A DNA stretch of 64,000 nt from Candidatus Poribacteria bacterium (GTDB taxonomy: Bacteria > Poribacteria > WGA-4E > PCPOR2b), in NCBI GenBank assembly GCA_965208675.1, contig OZ242351.1, positions 96,001-160,000 of the forward strand, in the 5' to 3' direction. Shown here in pieces: positions 56,613-64,000 of this stretch. Below the pieces are notes generated by a model. The model made no database searches and was not told the DNA's origin. It was given only the letters and a program-made list of their open reading frames with translations. The position numbers and the translations under genes are program-made. Positions within the stretch are counted from its first letter, which is position 1, and the number at the start of each line of letters is the position of its first letter.

Positions 56613-57329
56613 TCAATCTTCAATAACGAACTCAAAGAGAAGATAAGAACTCGCCATAAACACGAGGCTATAGGCGGCTAATAGCGTAATCCAAAACATC
56701 CCTTTTAGCGTGCCGATTGTCAACAGAGAGACTGTGCACTTTGCTCCAGCCATAATGACGGGAAGAATCATCGGCAGTAATATTACTGAAAGTAGACTTT
56801 CGTTCCCATGTGTACTAGTACAAACGCCGGATATCACTACCCCCACCGCGCAGAAACCCAGTGCGCCGATTGCAAGCACGCCCATAAGCTGGAGCAGTAT
56901 CTGAGGGAGCTTTTCTTGTAAATCCGGTGTCAAGGTATCGAACACATCCAAAAATTGCAGCCCAACTAGCAGGACTACCACTTCCAGCCCGGTTAGCAGA
57001 ACCAAGTTGCTCAAAACCTTGGCTAGGTAGAAATTTCCCGGATCAATACCTGTTAGTCTTATCCCATGTAAGGCGCCGTCTGCACGTTCAATCTCGAAGG
57101 AACGGTTAAGTGTAATGATACCCGCAAACGCAAATGCTGACCACAGTGCACTCGCCGCGAGTTTTCCACGCTCGGAGGCAGCTTGGGGAAAGATGGATCC
57201 AAATGCAAAAATGAAAATAAGTACAACCAGTATGCTGAATACGAATATTAAGACGAGTGTATCCTTATTACGAAATTGAAGAGCGAGATCCTTGCGAATG
57301 AGCCAACCAACCTGATGGATTCCAGTCAT
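56613..57329 (-). CDS. ccmB: Heme exporter permease CcmB
   Basis: KDLALQFR, LNRSFEIERADGAL, LLSVILLP; adjacent to ccmC. Confidence 0.88.
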   Translation of the reverse strand: MTGIHQVGWLIRKDLALQFRNKDTLVLIFVFSILVVLIFIFAFGSIFPQAASERGKLAASALWSAFAFAGIITLNRSFEIERADGALHGIRLTGIDPGNFYLAKVLSNLVLLTGLEVVVLLVGLQFLDVFDTLTPDLQEKLPQILLQLMGVLAIGALGFCAVGVVISGVCTSTHGNESLLSVILLPMILPVIMAGAKCTVSLLTIGTLKGMFWITLLAAYSLVFMASSYLLFEFVIED

Positions 57330-57801
57330 ATTGGGTATTGCGTAAAACGAGATTTCCTTATCTCAAATGATATCATTCACGCCAAAAAAAGGTAGGTAAG
57401 TATATCACGTGCATTTGAAAAAGGACAAGGAATATTGGCATTTCGACCATCCCAAAAATGTTTTCCGTTCTCGGCATAAAGCCGTCTTTTTACACATTGT
57501 CAAAACGATAAGATAGTAAAACATGGAAAATCGCAATTTTAAAGTCCTACACACAAAAGTACAAGCGTTTTGCACTTGAAGAATCGCGAAATTCTGAGGT
57601 AAGATACAACACTTACACGGTTTCCATTAACCGGAGTAAAATCCGTCCTGAAAATTGGCGGCGCTTTACGCTTACGAATACCCACCGTCTGAACTGCTAA
57701 GCTCATGAACGATGACAATTGGACGTATTAAGAATTGGCGTTTTAATGCAAATGGTAGCTCTTCAGTTTAATGGTTTACGCACTTCAAACACGAGTGTTT
57801 C

Positions 57802-58296
57802 ATGAAGACATTATTGCTTTTACGTCATGCGAAATCAAGTTGGAAATACCCAGAATTACCGGATCACGACCGGCCGCTCAATAAACGCGGCAAGCGAGAC
57901 GCACCGCGTATAGCCAAGATTATCCGCGATAATGGGTTGGTCCCTGACTTAATATTGAGTTCAACAGCCAAACGTGCCCGCAAAACGGCAGAAATCGTCG
58001 CCAAGACCTGCGGTTATGCAAAGAATGTTGATTTGACGCCGGCGCTTTACCACGCCGCCCCGAGAACCTATATCGGTACATTATCCAATCTAGCTGACGA
58101 TTACCAACGCATTATGGTGGTAGGGCATAATCCCGGCCTAGAGGAGCTGCTAAAAATATTAGTGGGACGGAAGGAACTCTTCCCCACTGCTACTTTAGCG
58201 CTTGTTCTGTTGCCGCTTGCCAAATGGCGGGAACTCAATTATGAAACCACGGGTAAGTTAATCAACGTGTGGCGGCCAAGAGAAATAGCGCGGTAG
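57802..58296 (+). CDS. sixA: Phosphohistidine phosphatase, SixA-like
   Basis: LLRHAKSSW, DHDRPL, SSTAKRA, VGHNP. Confidence 0.88.
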   Translation: MKTLLLLRHAKSSWKYPELPDHDRPLNKRGKRDAPRIAKIIRDNGLVPDLILSSTAKRARKTAEIVAKTCGYAKNVDLTPALYHAAPRTYIGTLSNLADDYQRIMVVGHNPGLEELLKILVGRKELFPTATLALVLLPLAKWRELNYETTGKLINVWRPREIAR

Positions 58297-58328
58297 AAAT
58301 CGATAGCATCAGCGGGATACAAGCGAAG

Positions 58329-58357
58329 TTGACTTTCGACGCAACCGTTGCTATAAT
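58329..58357 (+). promoter_or_regulatory. Sigma70 promoter with extended -10
   Basis: TTGACT, 17 nt, TATAAT with TGn; implies the downstream gene starts at ATG 58388 or 58397 rather than TTG 58361. Confidence 0.7.
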
Positions 58358-58387
58358 GGATTGCCGAGGTACAAGCCGCGGCACCGG

Positions 58388-59134
58388 ATGAATGAGATGA
58401 AAACGGCTTTACCACTCATCGAAATGAATGGCGGCACCGAAAAACCGAAATTCATTGAACCCAAGATGGTCGTCATACCTGAAGGCGATTTTCTCATGGG
58501 CAGCGTAGGCGGCGCACCAAATGAAACCCCGATTCACCGTGTGTGGGTCAATGCGTTTGCAATTGCCAAATACCCCGTGACAAACCGCGAGTATAAACTC
58601 TTTATGGATATGACGGGTCATCCTCCGCCCCGGTTTTGGGGCAATCCCAAATTTCAGGAGGATTATCAGCCGATTGTCGGGCCAAGTTGGTACGATGCAG
58701 TTGCCTATTGTGAATGGTTGCGCGATTTGACATGTAAGGGGTATCGTCTGCCGACCGAAGGGGAGCGCGAAAAGGCTGCGCGCGGTGGATTGCAAGGATG
58801 TGAGTATCCGTGGGGAGATGAACTACCTCACGATCACCTAGGCGGACGGAATGCCCCGCATTTCCTCATTGGAACGGATGGCCCAAACGGTTACGGACTG
58901 TACAACACGTCAGAGGGTGTTCACGAATGGTGCGCCGACTGGTACGATGCCGTTTATTACAATATCTCGCCGACTCGAAATCCAAAAGGTCCGAAGTACG
59001 GGAACCGCCGTGTAGCGCGTGGAGGGTCGTGGCGGCACCGCATCCGTTTCGCCCGGTGTGCTGCACGCAGCAGTCTTGCGCCCGATAAACAGTTCAGTGA
59101 TTTCGGATTTCGCTGTGCGTTGACAATTTATTGA
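58388..59134 (+). CDS. Formylglycine-generating enzyme (SUMF1)-like domain protein
   Basis: FLMGS, YPVTN, RLPTEGEREKAARGG, NGYGLY, RGGSW, GFRCA. Confidence 0.88.
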   Translation: MNEMKTALPLIEMNGGTEKPKFIEPKMVVIPEGDFLMGSVGGAPNETPIHRVWVNAFAIAKYPVTNREYKLFMDMTGHPPPRFWGNPKFQEDYQPIVGPSWYDAVAYCEWLRDLTCKGYRLPTEGEREKAARGGLQGCEYPWGDELPHDHLGGRNAPHFLIGTDGPNGYGLYNTSEGVHEWCADWYDAVYYNISPTRNPKGPKYGNRRVARGGSWRHRIRFARCAARSSLAPDKQFSDFGFRCALTIY

Positions 59135-59144
59135 AGAGGGGATT

Positions 59145-60179
59145 GTGGAATATAGCGCCAACACGGAAGAAACGGCCTCAAATCTTCTCCTCAAGGCTAG
59201 TGGGTTAAAAAAACATTACCCGGTTAAAATGGGCCTGCTACAGCGCACGCAGAAATTTGTGAGAGCGGTCGACGGCGTAGACCTAAATGTACAGCGAGGC
59301 GAAACGCTCGGACTTGTTGGTGAAAGCGGGTGCGGTAAAACCACTATCGGTCGGCTATTGGCGCGTTTAATCACTCCGACCGCCGGCAAAGCGGAGATGT
59401 TCATTCATTCCGATAAGCACCGAGCCGAACATGAACACTATCGCATCTTTGAACTCAATAAGACGGATTTACGCCGGTTCAGGCGCCATATTCAGTTGAT
59501 TTTCCAAGACCCTTACGGTTCGCTTAACCCGCGCATGACCGCTGGTCGGATTCTTGGTGAACCGTTGAAAATTCACCGAATCGTACCGAAAGCGGCACGG
59601 GTAAATCGCATACGCGAGCTGCTTGAAATCGTCGGACTGCACCCAAACCATACGCATCGGTACCCGCATGAGTTCAGCGGCGGGCAGCGGCAGCGAATCG
59701 GCATTGCGCGGGCTTTAGCAGTAGAACCCGATTTGATCATTGCTGATGAACCAGTTTCGGCGTTGGATGTTTCTGTCCAGTCTCAAGTCATCAACCTGCT
59801 GCAAGAACTGCAGAATCGTTTTGATTTAAGCTACATCTTTATTTCACACGATCTCAGTGTTGTGCGGCATATTAGTCACCGCGTCGTGGTGATGTACCTG
59901 GGTCAGATTGTCGAAATTACGGACAAAGAAAGTCTATTCGAGAAACCTCAACATCCATACACACGCGCATTACTGTCGGCCATACCCGTCGTTGACGCGA
60001 AAACCTCCCGGACGCGCACGGTTCTGAGTGGCGATACGCCAAATCCTGCGGATGTGCCGTCGGGCTGTCGATTTCACCCTCGATGCCCAATGGTTCAAGC
60101 TGACTGTGCAACTCGAGAGCAACATCTCGTCCAAGTCGATCCAGGGCATCAAGTCGCGTGTCATGTCGTCACTGGATAG
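59145..60179 (+). CDS. Oligopeptide/dipeptide ABC ATPase (OppF/DppF-like)
   Basis: GESGCGKTT, FSGGQRQR, HPYT, GCRFHPRC. Confidence 0.94.
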   Translation: MEYSANTEETASNLLLKASGLKKHYPVKMGLLQRTQKFVRAVDGVDLNVQRGETLGLVGESGCGKTTIGRLLARLITPTAGKAEMFIHSDKHRAEHEHYRIFELNKTDLRRFRRHIQLIFQDPYGSLNPRMTAGRILGEPLKIHRIVPKAARVNRIRELLEIVGLHPNHTHRYPHEFSGGQRQRIGIARALAVEPDLIIADEPVSALDVSVQSQVINLLQELQNRFDLSYIFISHDLSVVRHISHRVVVMYLGQIVEITDKESLFEKPQHPYTRALLSAIPVVDAKTSRTRTVLSGDTPNPADVPSGCRFHPRCPMVQADCATREQHLVQVDPGHQVACHVVTG

Positions 60180-60337
60180 CCAAGACAATATTGCAGGCTT
60201 AGCTGGGAAAGAAGGGTTTTTGCCCCGGCAGAGCGGTATGAAAACATGAATGACAAATAAAAACCTTAGTAAGCGCGCCCTTCGCCGGTGTCCGCCCGAC
60301 CTACAACATATAACAGATTTGAAGGAGGATTATTCAC

Positions 60338-61168
60338 ATGCAACCGATGTCTGTTGGCATTATGCTAGGTGTTGGCGACGACCCCAACACTAGCTTTGAA
60401 AAAGCAAAATCCATTGGCGTAGACAACGTCCAAATGGGCTGTCCTTCTGACCAATACTTCACCCTCGAAGCACAAGAAAAGTTAAAGCAGGCAATCTCTG
60501 CCTCGGGCATCACGATTACGACGGTATTTTGTGGCTTCGTAGGAGAGAGCTATGCCGATATTCCGACCGTCAAGCGAACCGTTGGCTATGTGCCCGCCGA
60601 TTCCCGCCCGGAACGCATCGAAAAAACCAAACGCATCTCCGATTTCGCCAAAAATCTCGGCGTGGACCAAATTGCAGCCCATGCCGGTTTCATCTCTGAA
60701 AACCATACCGATCCGCTCTACCCGGTAATGGTGAAAACGATACGGGAGATTGCTGACTATGTGATTGATAATGGGCAAAACTTTGCGCTTGAAACCGGGC
60801 AAGAAACCGCACCGGCACTACTAAGTTTTTTGAAAGATGTCAATCGCAACAACGTTAAGGTCAACTTCGATCCGGCTAACATGATTCTTTATGGCTCCGG
60901 TGAACCGATTGAAGCCCTTGAACTCCTCAAGGACTTCATCGTGAGCGTACACTGCAAGGACGGAAAATGGCCCACTGAAGATTATCAATTGGGGGTCGAA
61001 ACTCCGCTTGGCGATGGTGATGTTGGTATGGACAAGTTTGTCAATAAACTTAAGGAGATTGGCTACCATGGGCCATTGACTATCGAGCGAGAAATTTCTG
61101 GCGACGAGCAAATCCGAGATTTGATTAAAGCCAAGGAATTGCTCGAGAACTTAAGGGACGGGGAATAA
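60338..61168 (+). CDS. Sugar phosphate isomerase/epimerase (TIM barrel)
   Basis: ALETGQE, NFDPANMILYG, HCKD, TIERE. Confidence 0.9.
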   Translation: MQPMSVGIMLGVGDDPNTSFEKAKSIGVDNVQMGCPSDQYFTLEAQEKLKQAISASGITITTVFCGFVGESYADIPTVKRTVGYVPADSRPERIEKTKRISDFAKNLGVDQIAAHAGFISENHTDPLYPVMVKTIREIADYVIDNGQNFALETGQETAPALLSFLKDVNRNNVKVNFDPANMILYGSGEPIEALELLKDFIVSVHCKDGKWPTEDYQLGVETPLGDGDVGMDKFVNKLKEIGYHGPLTIEREISGDEQIRDLIKAKELLENLRDGE

Positions 61169-61229
61169 CCAACTAGCGGGAGCGCAGAGAGAGTAGAAAA
61201 ATCGACACATCACGCATCGCGTCTCACTT

Positions 61230-62171
61230 ATGAAGTCTCCACTGATCTTTATTGTTGGTCCCACCGCCGTCGGTAAAACGGAAATCTCGATTCGTCTAGC
61301 GCAACGCATCAATGCCGAAATCGTCTCTATGGATTCGCGGCAAATCTTTCGGCAAATGGACATCGGCACGGCGAAGCCGACTGTCGAGCAACAACAAGCC
61401 GCCCCGCATCATCTAATAGACTGCACGGACATCGAGCAGCCTTTCACCGTTGCGGATTATCAACGGCGGGCAGATGCAGCTATTGAAGACATCTGTAAAC
61501 GAGAGAAACAGCCGCTGGTGGTCGGTGGCGCAGGTTTGTATTTCCGCGTTCTGATTGATGGACTCTTTGAAGGTCCCGGCGGAAATGAGGATATCCGTTC
61601 CAGACTCGTGCGCGAATCAGAGGATCAGGGTGCGGCGGCGCTGCACAATCGTCTTTGCGGCTGCGATCCTGAAGCCGCGCAACGCATCCACCCAAATAAC
61701 CTGGTGAGGGTGATTCGTGCGTTGGAAATTTATGAATTGACGGGAAAACCGATTTCGTCATTTCAACAGCAGTGGACGTGCTCTGCCTTGCGTTACCCGT
61801 TCCGCGCTTTCGGACTTTGTTTACCCAGAGATTGTCTCTACCGCCGGGTTGAAACACGTGTGAATCAGATGATTGAAAGGGGATTGATTGAAGAGGTAAA
61901 AGGGCTGCTAGATGGCGGATGTCCGCGAAATTGCGTCGCCATGCAGGGCATCGGATATAAGGAAATTGTCGGTTATCTCGACGGACAGCAACCGCTTGAC
62001 GAGGCGATTGCACAGTTAAAGACGAACACCCGCCGCTTAGCGAAACGGCAGTTGACATGGTTTCGCAACGATTCGCGCATTCTATGGGTTGAACTCACCC
62101 AATATGAATCAATACATCAAGTAGTCGACTACCTATTGTCGCAAACCGACGTACGTACCTCAAAGGGTTAA
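61230..62171 (+). CDS. miaA: tRNA dimethylallyltransferase
   Basis: GPTAVGKT, DSRQ, DIGTAKP, RVIRALE, IGYKE, AKRQLTW. Confidence 0.97.
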   Translation: MKSPLIFIVGPTAVGKTEISIRLAQRINAEIVSMDSRQIFRQMDIGTAKPTVEQQQAAPHHLIDCTDIEQPFTVADYQRRADAAIEDICKREKQPLVVGGAGLYFRVLIDGLFEGPGGNEDIRSRLVRESEDQGAAALHNRLCGCDPEAAQRIHPNNLVRVIRALEIYELTGKPISSFQQQWTCSALRYPFRAFGLCLPRDCLYRRVETRVNQMIERGLIEEVKGLLDGGCPRNCVAMQGIGYKEIVGYLDGQQPLDEAIAQLKTNTRRLAKRQLTWFRNDSRILWVELTQYESIHQVVDYLLSQTDVRTSKG

Positions 62172-62406
62172 GTGCTAAAGTCGGCGATACCACGTTCCTA
62201 AATGCCATCTGTAAAATTTTGCATTCGTTAAATTTTTAGGTGAAAGTTGGGTAAGCACAAATGAAAATGCACAACCCTTCCTTTCCAATGGGGGTTAGGA
62301 GCGGTTTGTAGGCAGAGCTAATTCCCGTATTTGATTGATATAAGGGCAAAGAGTCGTTACTAGTTGCAGTGACTCTATGAGTTGCAAAGGAGTAAGAGAG
62401 ACGCTT

Positions 62407-63474
62407 ATGGGGGAAAACTCAGAAACGTACACAACAGTCTCGGCTGAATACCTGCGGAAGCTAGGTGCGGCGGTGTTGGAAAAGGCGGGTGTGCCGGTAG
62501 ATGACGCCAATGTTACGATCGACAGTCTCGTAGAAACCGATCTTCGCGGTGTACACTCCCACGGAATGATTCGCCTGCCTGGCTACGTCGGAAGACTCAG
62601 AAAAGGGGGAATCAACCCCAATCCGAATGTGCAGGTGGCGACTGAATCGGAAGGGACAGCCGTGATAGACGGGGACAATGGATTCGGACAAGTCGTGAGC
62701 AATCTCGCTATGGGGATTGCGATTGAAAAGTCTAAGGCTGTCGGCGTCGGTATTGCCGGTGTGCATAACAGCGGTCACTTCGGTGCTTGTGCCCATTGGG
62801 CACAGATGGCGCTGCCCCACGACATGATCGGAATCGCTACCACAAACGGCGGACCGATTATGGCGCCCTGGGGCGGTGTGACGCCGACAATGGGCAACGA
62901 CCCGCTTGGCGTGGCTATCCCGGCGGGCGAAGAATTGCCCATTGTGCTGGACATGGCGACCAGCGTCGTCGCAGGCGGAAAGCTCGATTTAGCCATCCGC
63001 AAAGGGGAAAAAATCCCAAAAGGATGGGCGCTTAACACGCAAGGCGAACCGACGGAAGATCCAGCGGAAGCCAGAGCCGGCCTCGTTCTCCCCATCGGCG
63101 AATACAAGGGCTACGCGCTCACAATCGTCTTTGAGGTCCTCGCTGCTGTGCTCATGGGTGCAAATTTTGCCCGCCAAGTTGTCCGCCACGAAAGCGCCAA
63201 ACTCGTCAGGAATGTCGGCCACTTTTTCCAAGCCATCAACATCGCTGCATTCATGCCCGTCGCCGAATTCAAAGCAAGGGTTGACAACCTAATTCAACAG
63301 ATGAAGTCGTCAAAACTCGCTCCCGGTTACGATCGCATCTACTTGCCGGGCGAGCCGGAACACGAAAAACGCGCACGGTACCTTAAAGAGGGTATTCCGA
63401 TGCTCTCGTCAGTCATCGCAGATTTGATTGCCCTCGCTGCAGAGTTAGGCATTGTGGCGCCTGAACCCGCGTGA
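62407..63474 (+). CDS. Ldh_2 family oxidoreductase (second copy in the window)
   Basis: GVHSHG, DGDNGFG, HFG, LDMATS, YKGYAL. Confidence 0.92.
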   Translation: MGENSETYTTVSAEYLRKLGAAVLEKAGVPVDDANVTIDSLVETDLRGVHSHGMIRLPGYVGRLRKGGINPNPNVQVATESEGTAVIDGDNGFGQVVSNLAMGIAIEKSKAVGVGIAGVHNSGHFGACAHWAQMALPHDMIGIATTNGGPIMAPWGGVTPTMGNDPLGVAIPAGEELPIVLDMATSVVAGGKLDLAIRKGEKIPKGWALNTQGEPTEDPAEARAGLVLPIGEYKGYALTIVFEVLAAVLMGANFARQVVRHESAKLVRNVGHFFQAINIAAFMPVAEFKARVDNLIQQMKSSKLAPGYDRIYLPGEPEHEKRARYLKEGIPMLSSVIADLIALAAELGIVAPEPA

Positions 63475-63540
63475 ATTGCAAAAACCCCAGGTGTGTTGGA
63501 ATTTATTTCAGAGATACTGCCGCAAAATCGGCGGAGCAAC

Positions 63541-64000
63541 ATGGACAAAGAAACTGACATTGCGACCCGAAATTCAGCCGACCATCAAATCCAATTTACC
63601 TCCGGCAGGACAATTTACGTTGAAGCTTTGCTAGGCGATCGATGGGTTGGACGGTATTGGAACGCCAATGGCCGCTCCAATTGGGCGTACGAACTCTGGG
63701 AGCAGAATGCCTTCCATCTGGAGATTGATAGTGCCATGCTTGCCGCCGGCTGGCGGTGGATTTCGTGGGGCGAAGTCGCGGTGAACAACCGCGGAGCTCG
63801 ACATTTTGTGGTTGAAATTTCCAACGCGGCCCGCCCTGTCAGCGTCCGAATGCATACTGTACTCGACGGGACACCGGTGCTGACACGTTGGCTCGAAATA
63901 ACAAACAACGGTGACGTACCCATGGCGTTGACGAAGGTCTTTCCCTGGTCAAGCCTTTTAAAAGCGCACGCAGGGCATAGGCATTTTCCGCCCGATGGAC
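63541..64000 (+). CDS. Partial ORF absent from the track; probable GH36 alpha-galactosidase-like N-terminus
   Basis: GGAG RBS, ATG 63541, open to the window end: MDKETDIATR...DGTPVLTRWLEITNNGDVPMALTKVFPWS. Confidence 0.6.
   Translation, partial: MDKETDIATRNSADHQIQFTSGRTIYVEALLGDRWVGRYWNANGRSNWAYELWEQNAFHLEIDSAMLAAGWRWISWGEVAVNNRGARHFVVEISNAARPVSVRMHTVLDGTPVLTRWLEITNNGDVPMALTKVFPWSSLLKAHAGHRHFPPDG

Noticed and set aside
59145-60179. Orphan OppF-like ATPase
   Set aside because: Dispersed ABC components are common; no unusual feature in the sequence.
1-64000. tRNA/rRNA genes, transposases, integrases, and the many short antisense or overlapping ORFs in the track
   Set aside because: No tRNA, rRNA or transposase signatures were recognised; the short ORFs are shadows of well-supported genes.

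Overview
Bacterial chromosomal window, about 50% GC. The repertoire (several PhyH dioxygenases, Gfo/Idh/MocA, two Ldh_2 paralogues, GTAG-type REP elements) resembles Candidatus Poribacteria, but that is inference only. 1-10 kb: type I-B CRISPR-Cas operon (partial cas8, cas7, cas5, cas3, cas4, cas1, cas2), a leader, and an array of 47 perfect 30-nt repeats plus 1 degenerate repeat with 47 spacers. Strongest unexpected signal: the 13 leader-proximal (newest) spacers contain only 1 CpA/TpG dinucleotide in 474 nt and are TpA-rich, while the older spacers I counted have 3-7 each. This points to a recently encountered invader with an extreme CA/TG-free genome. Most spacers also read antisense to plausible coding sequence. 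Directly after the array is an HTH gene whose consensus promoter is bracketed by a 35-bp direct repeat. 13-22.6 kb: a partner-switching locus (2 GAF-GAF-PP2C, 2 STAS, histidine kinase, DivK-like REC, REC-PP2C, RsbW-like kinase) with no sigma factor. 25-28.4 kb: a four-gene uncharacterised membrane operon. Also present: a UGA-interrupted peroxiredoxin-like gene that is probably a selenoprotein (UxxS, SECIS-like hairpin), and a tandem phyH duplication whose second copy carries an amber stop and a remnant of the rsmI 3' end. The rest is ordinary metabolism and transport. All counts and alignments were done by eye; family names are from motif recognition, not database searches.
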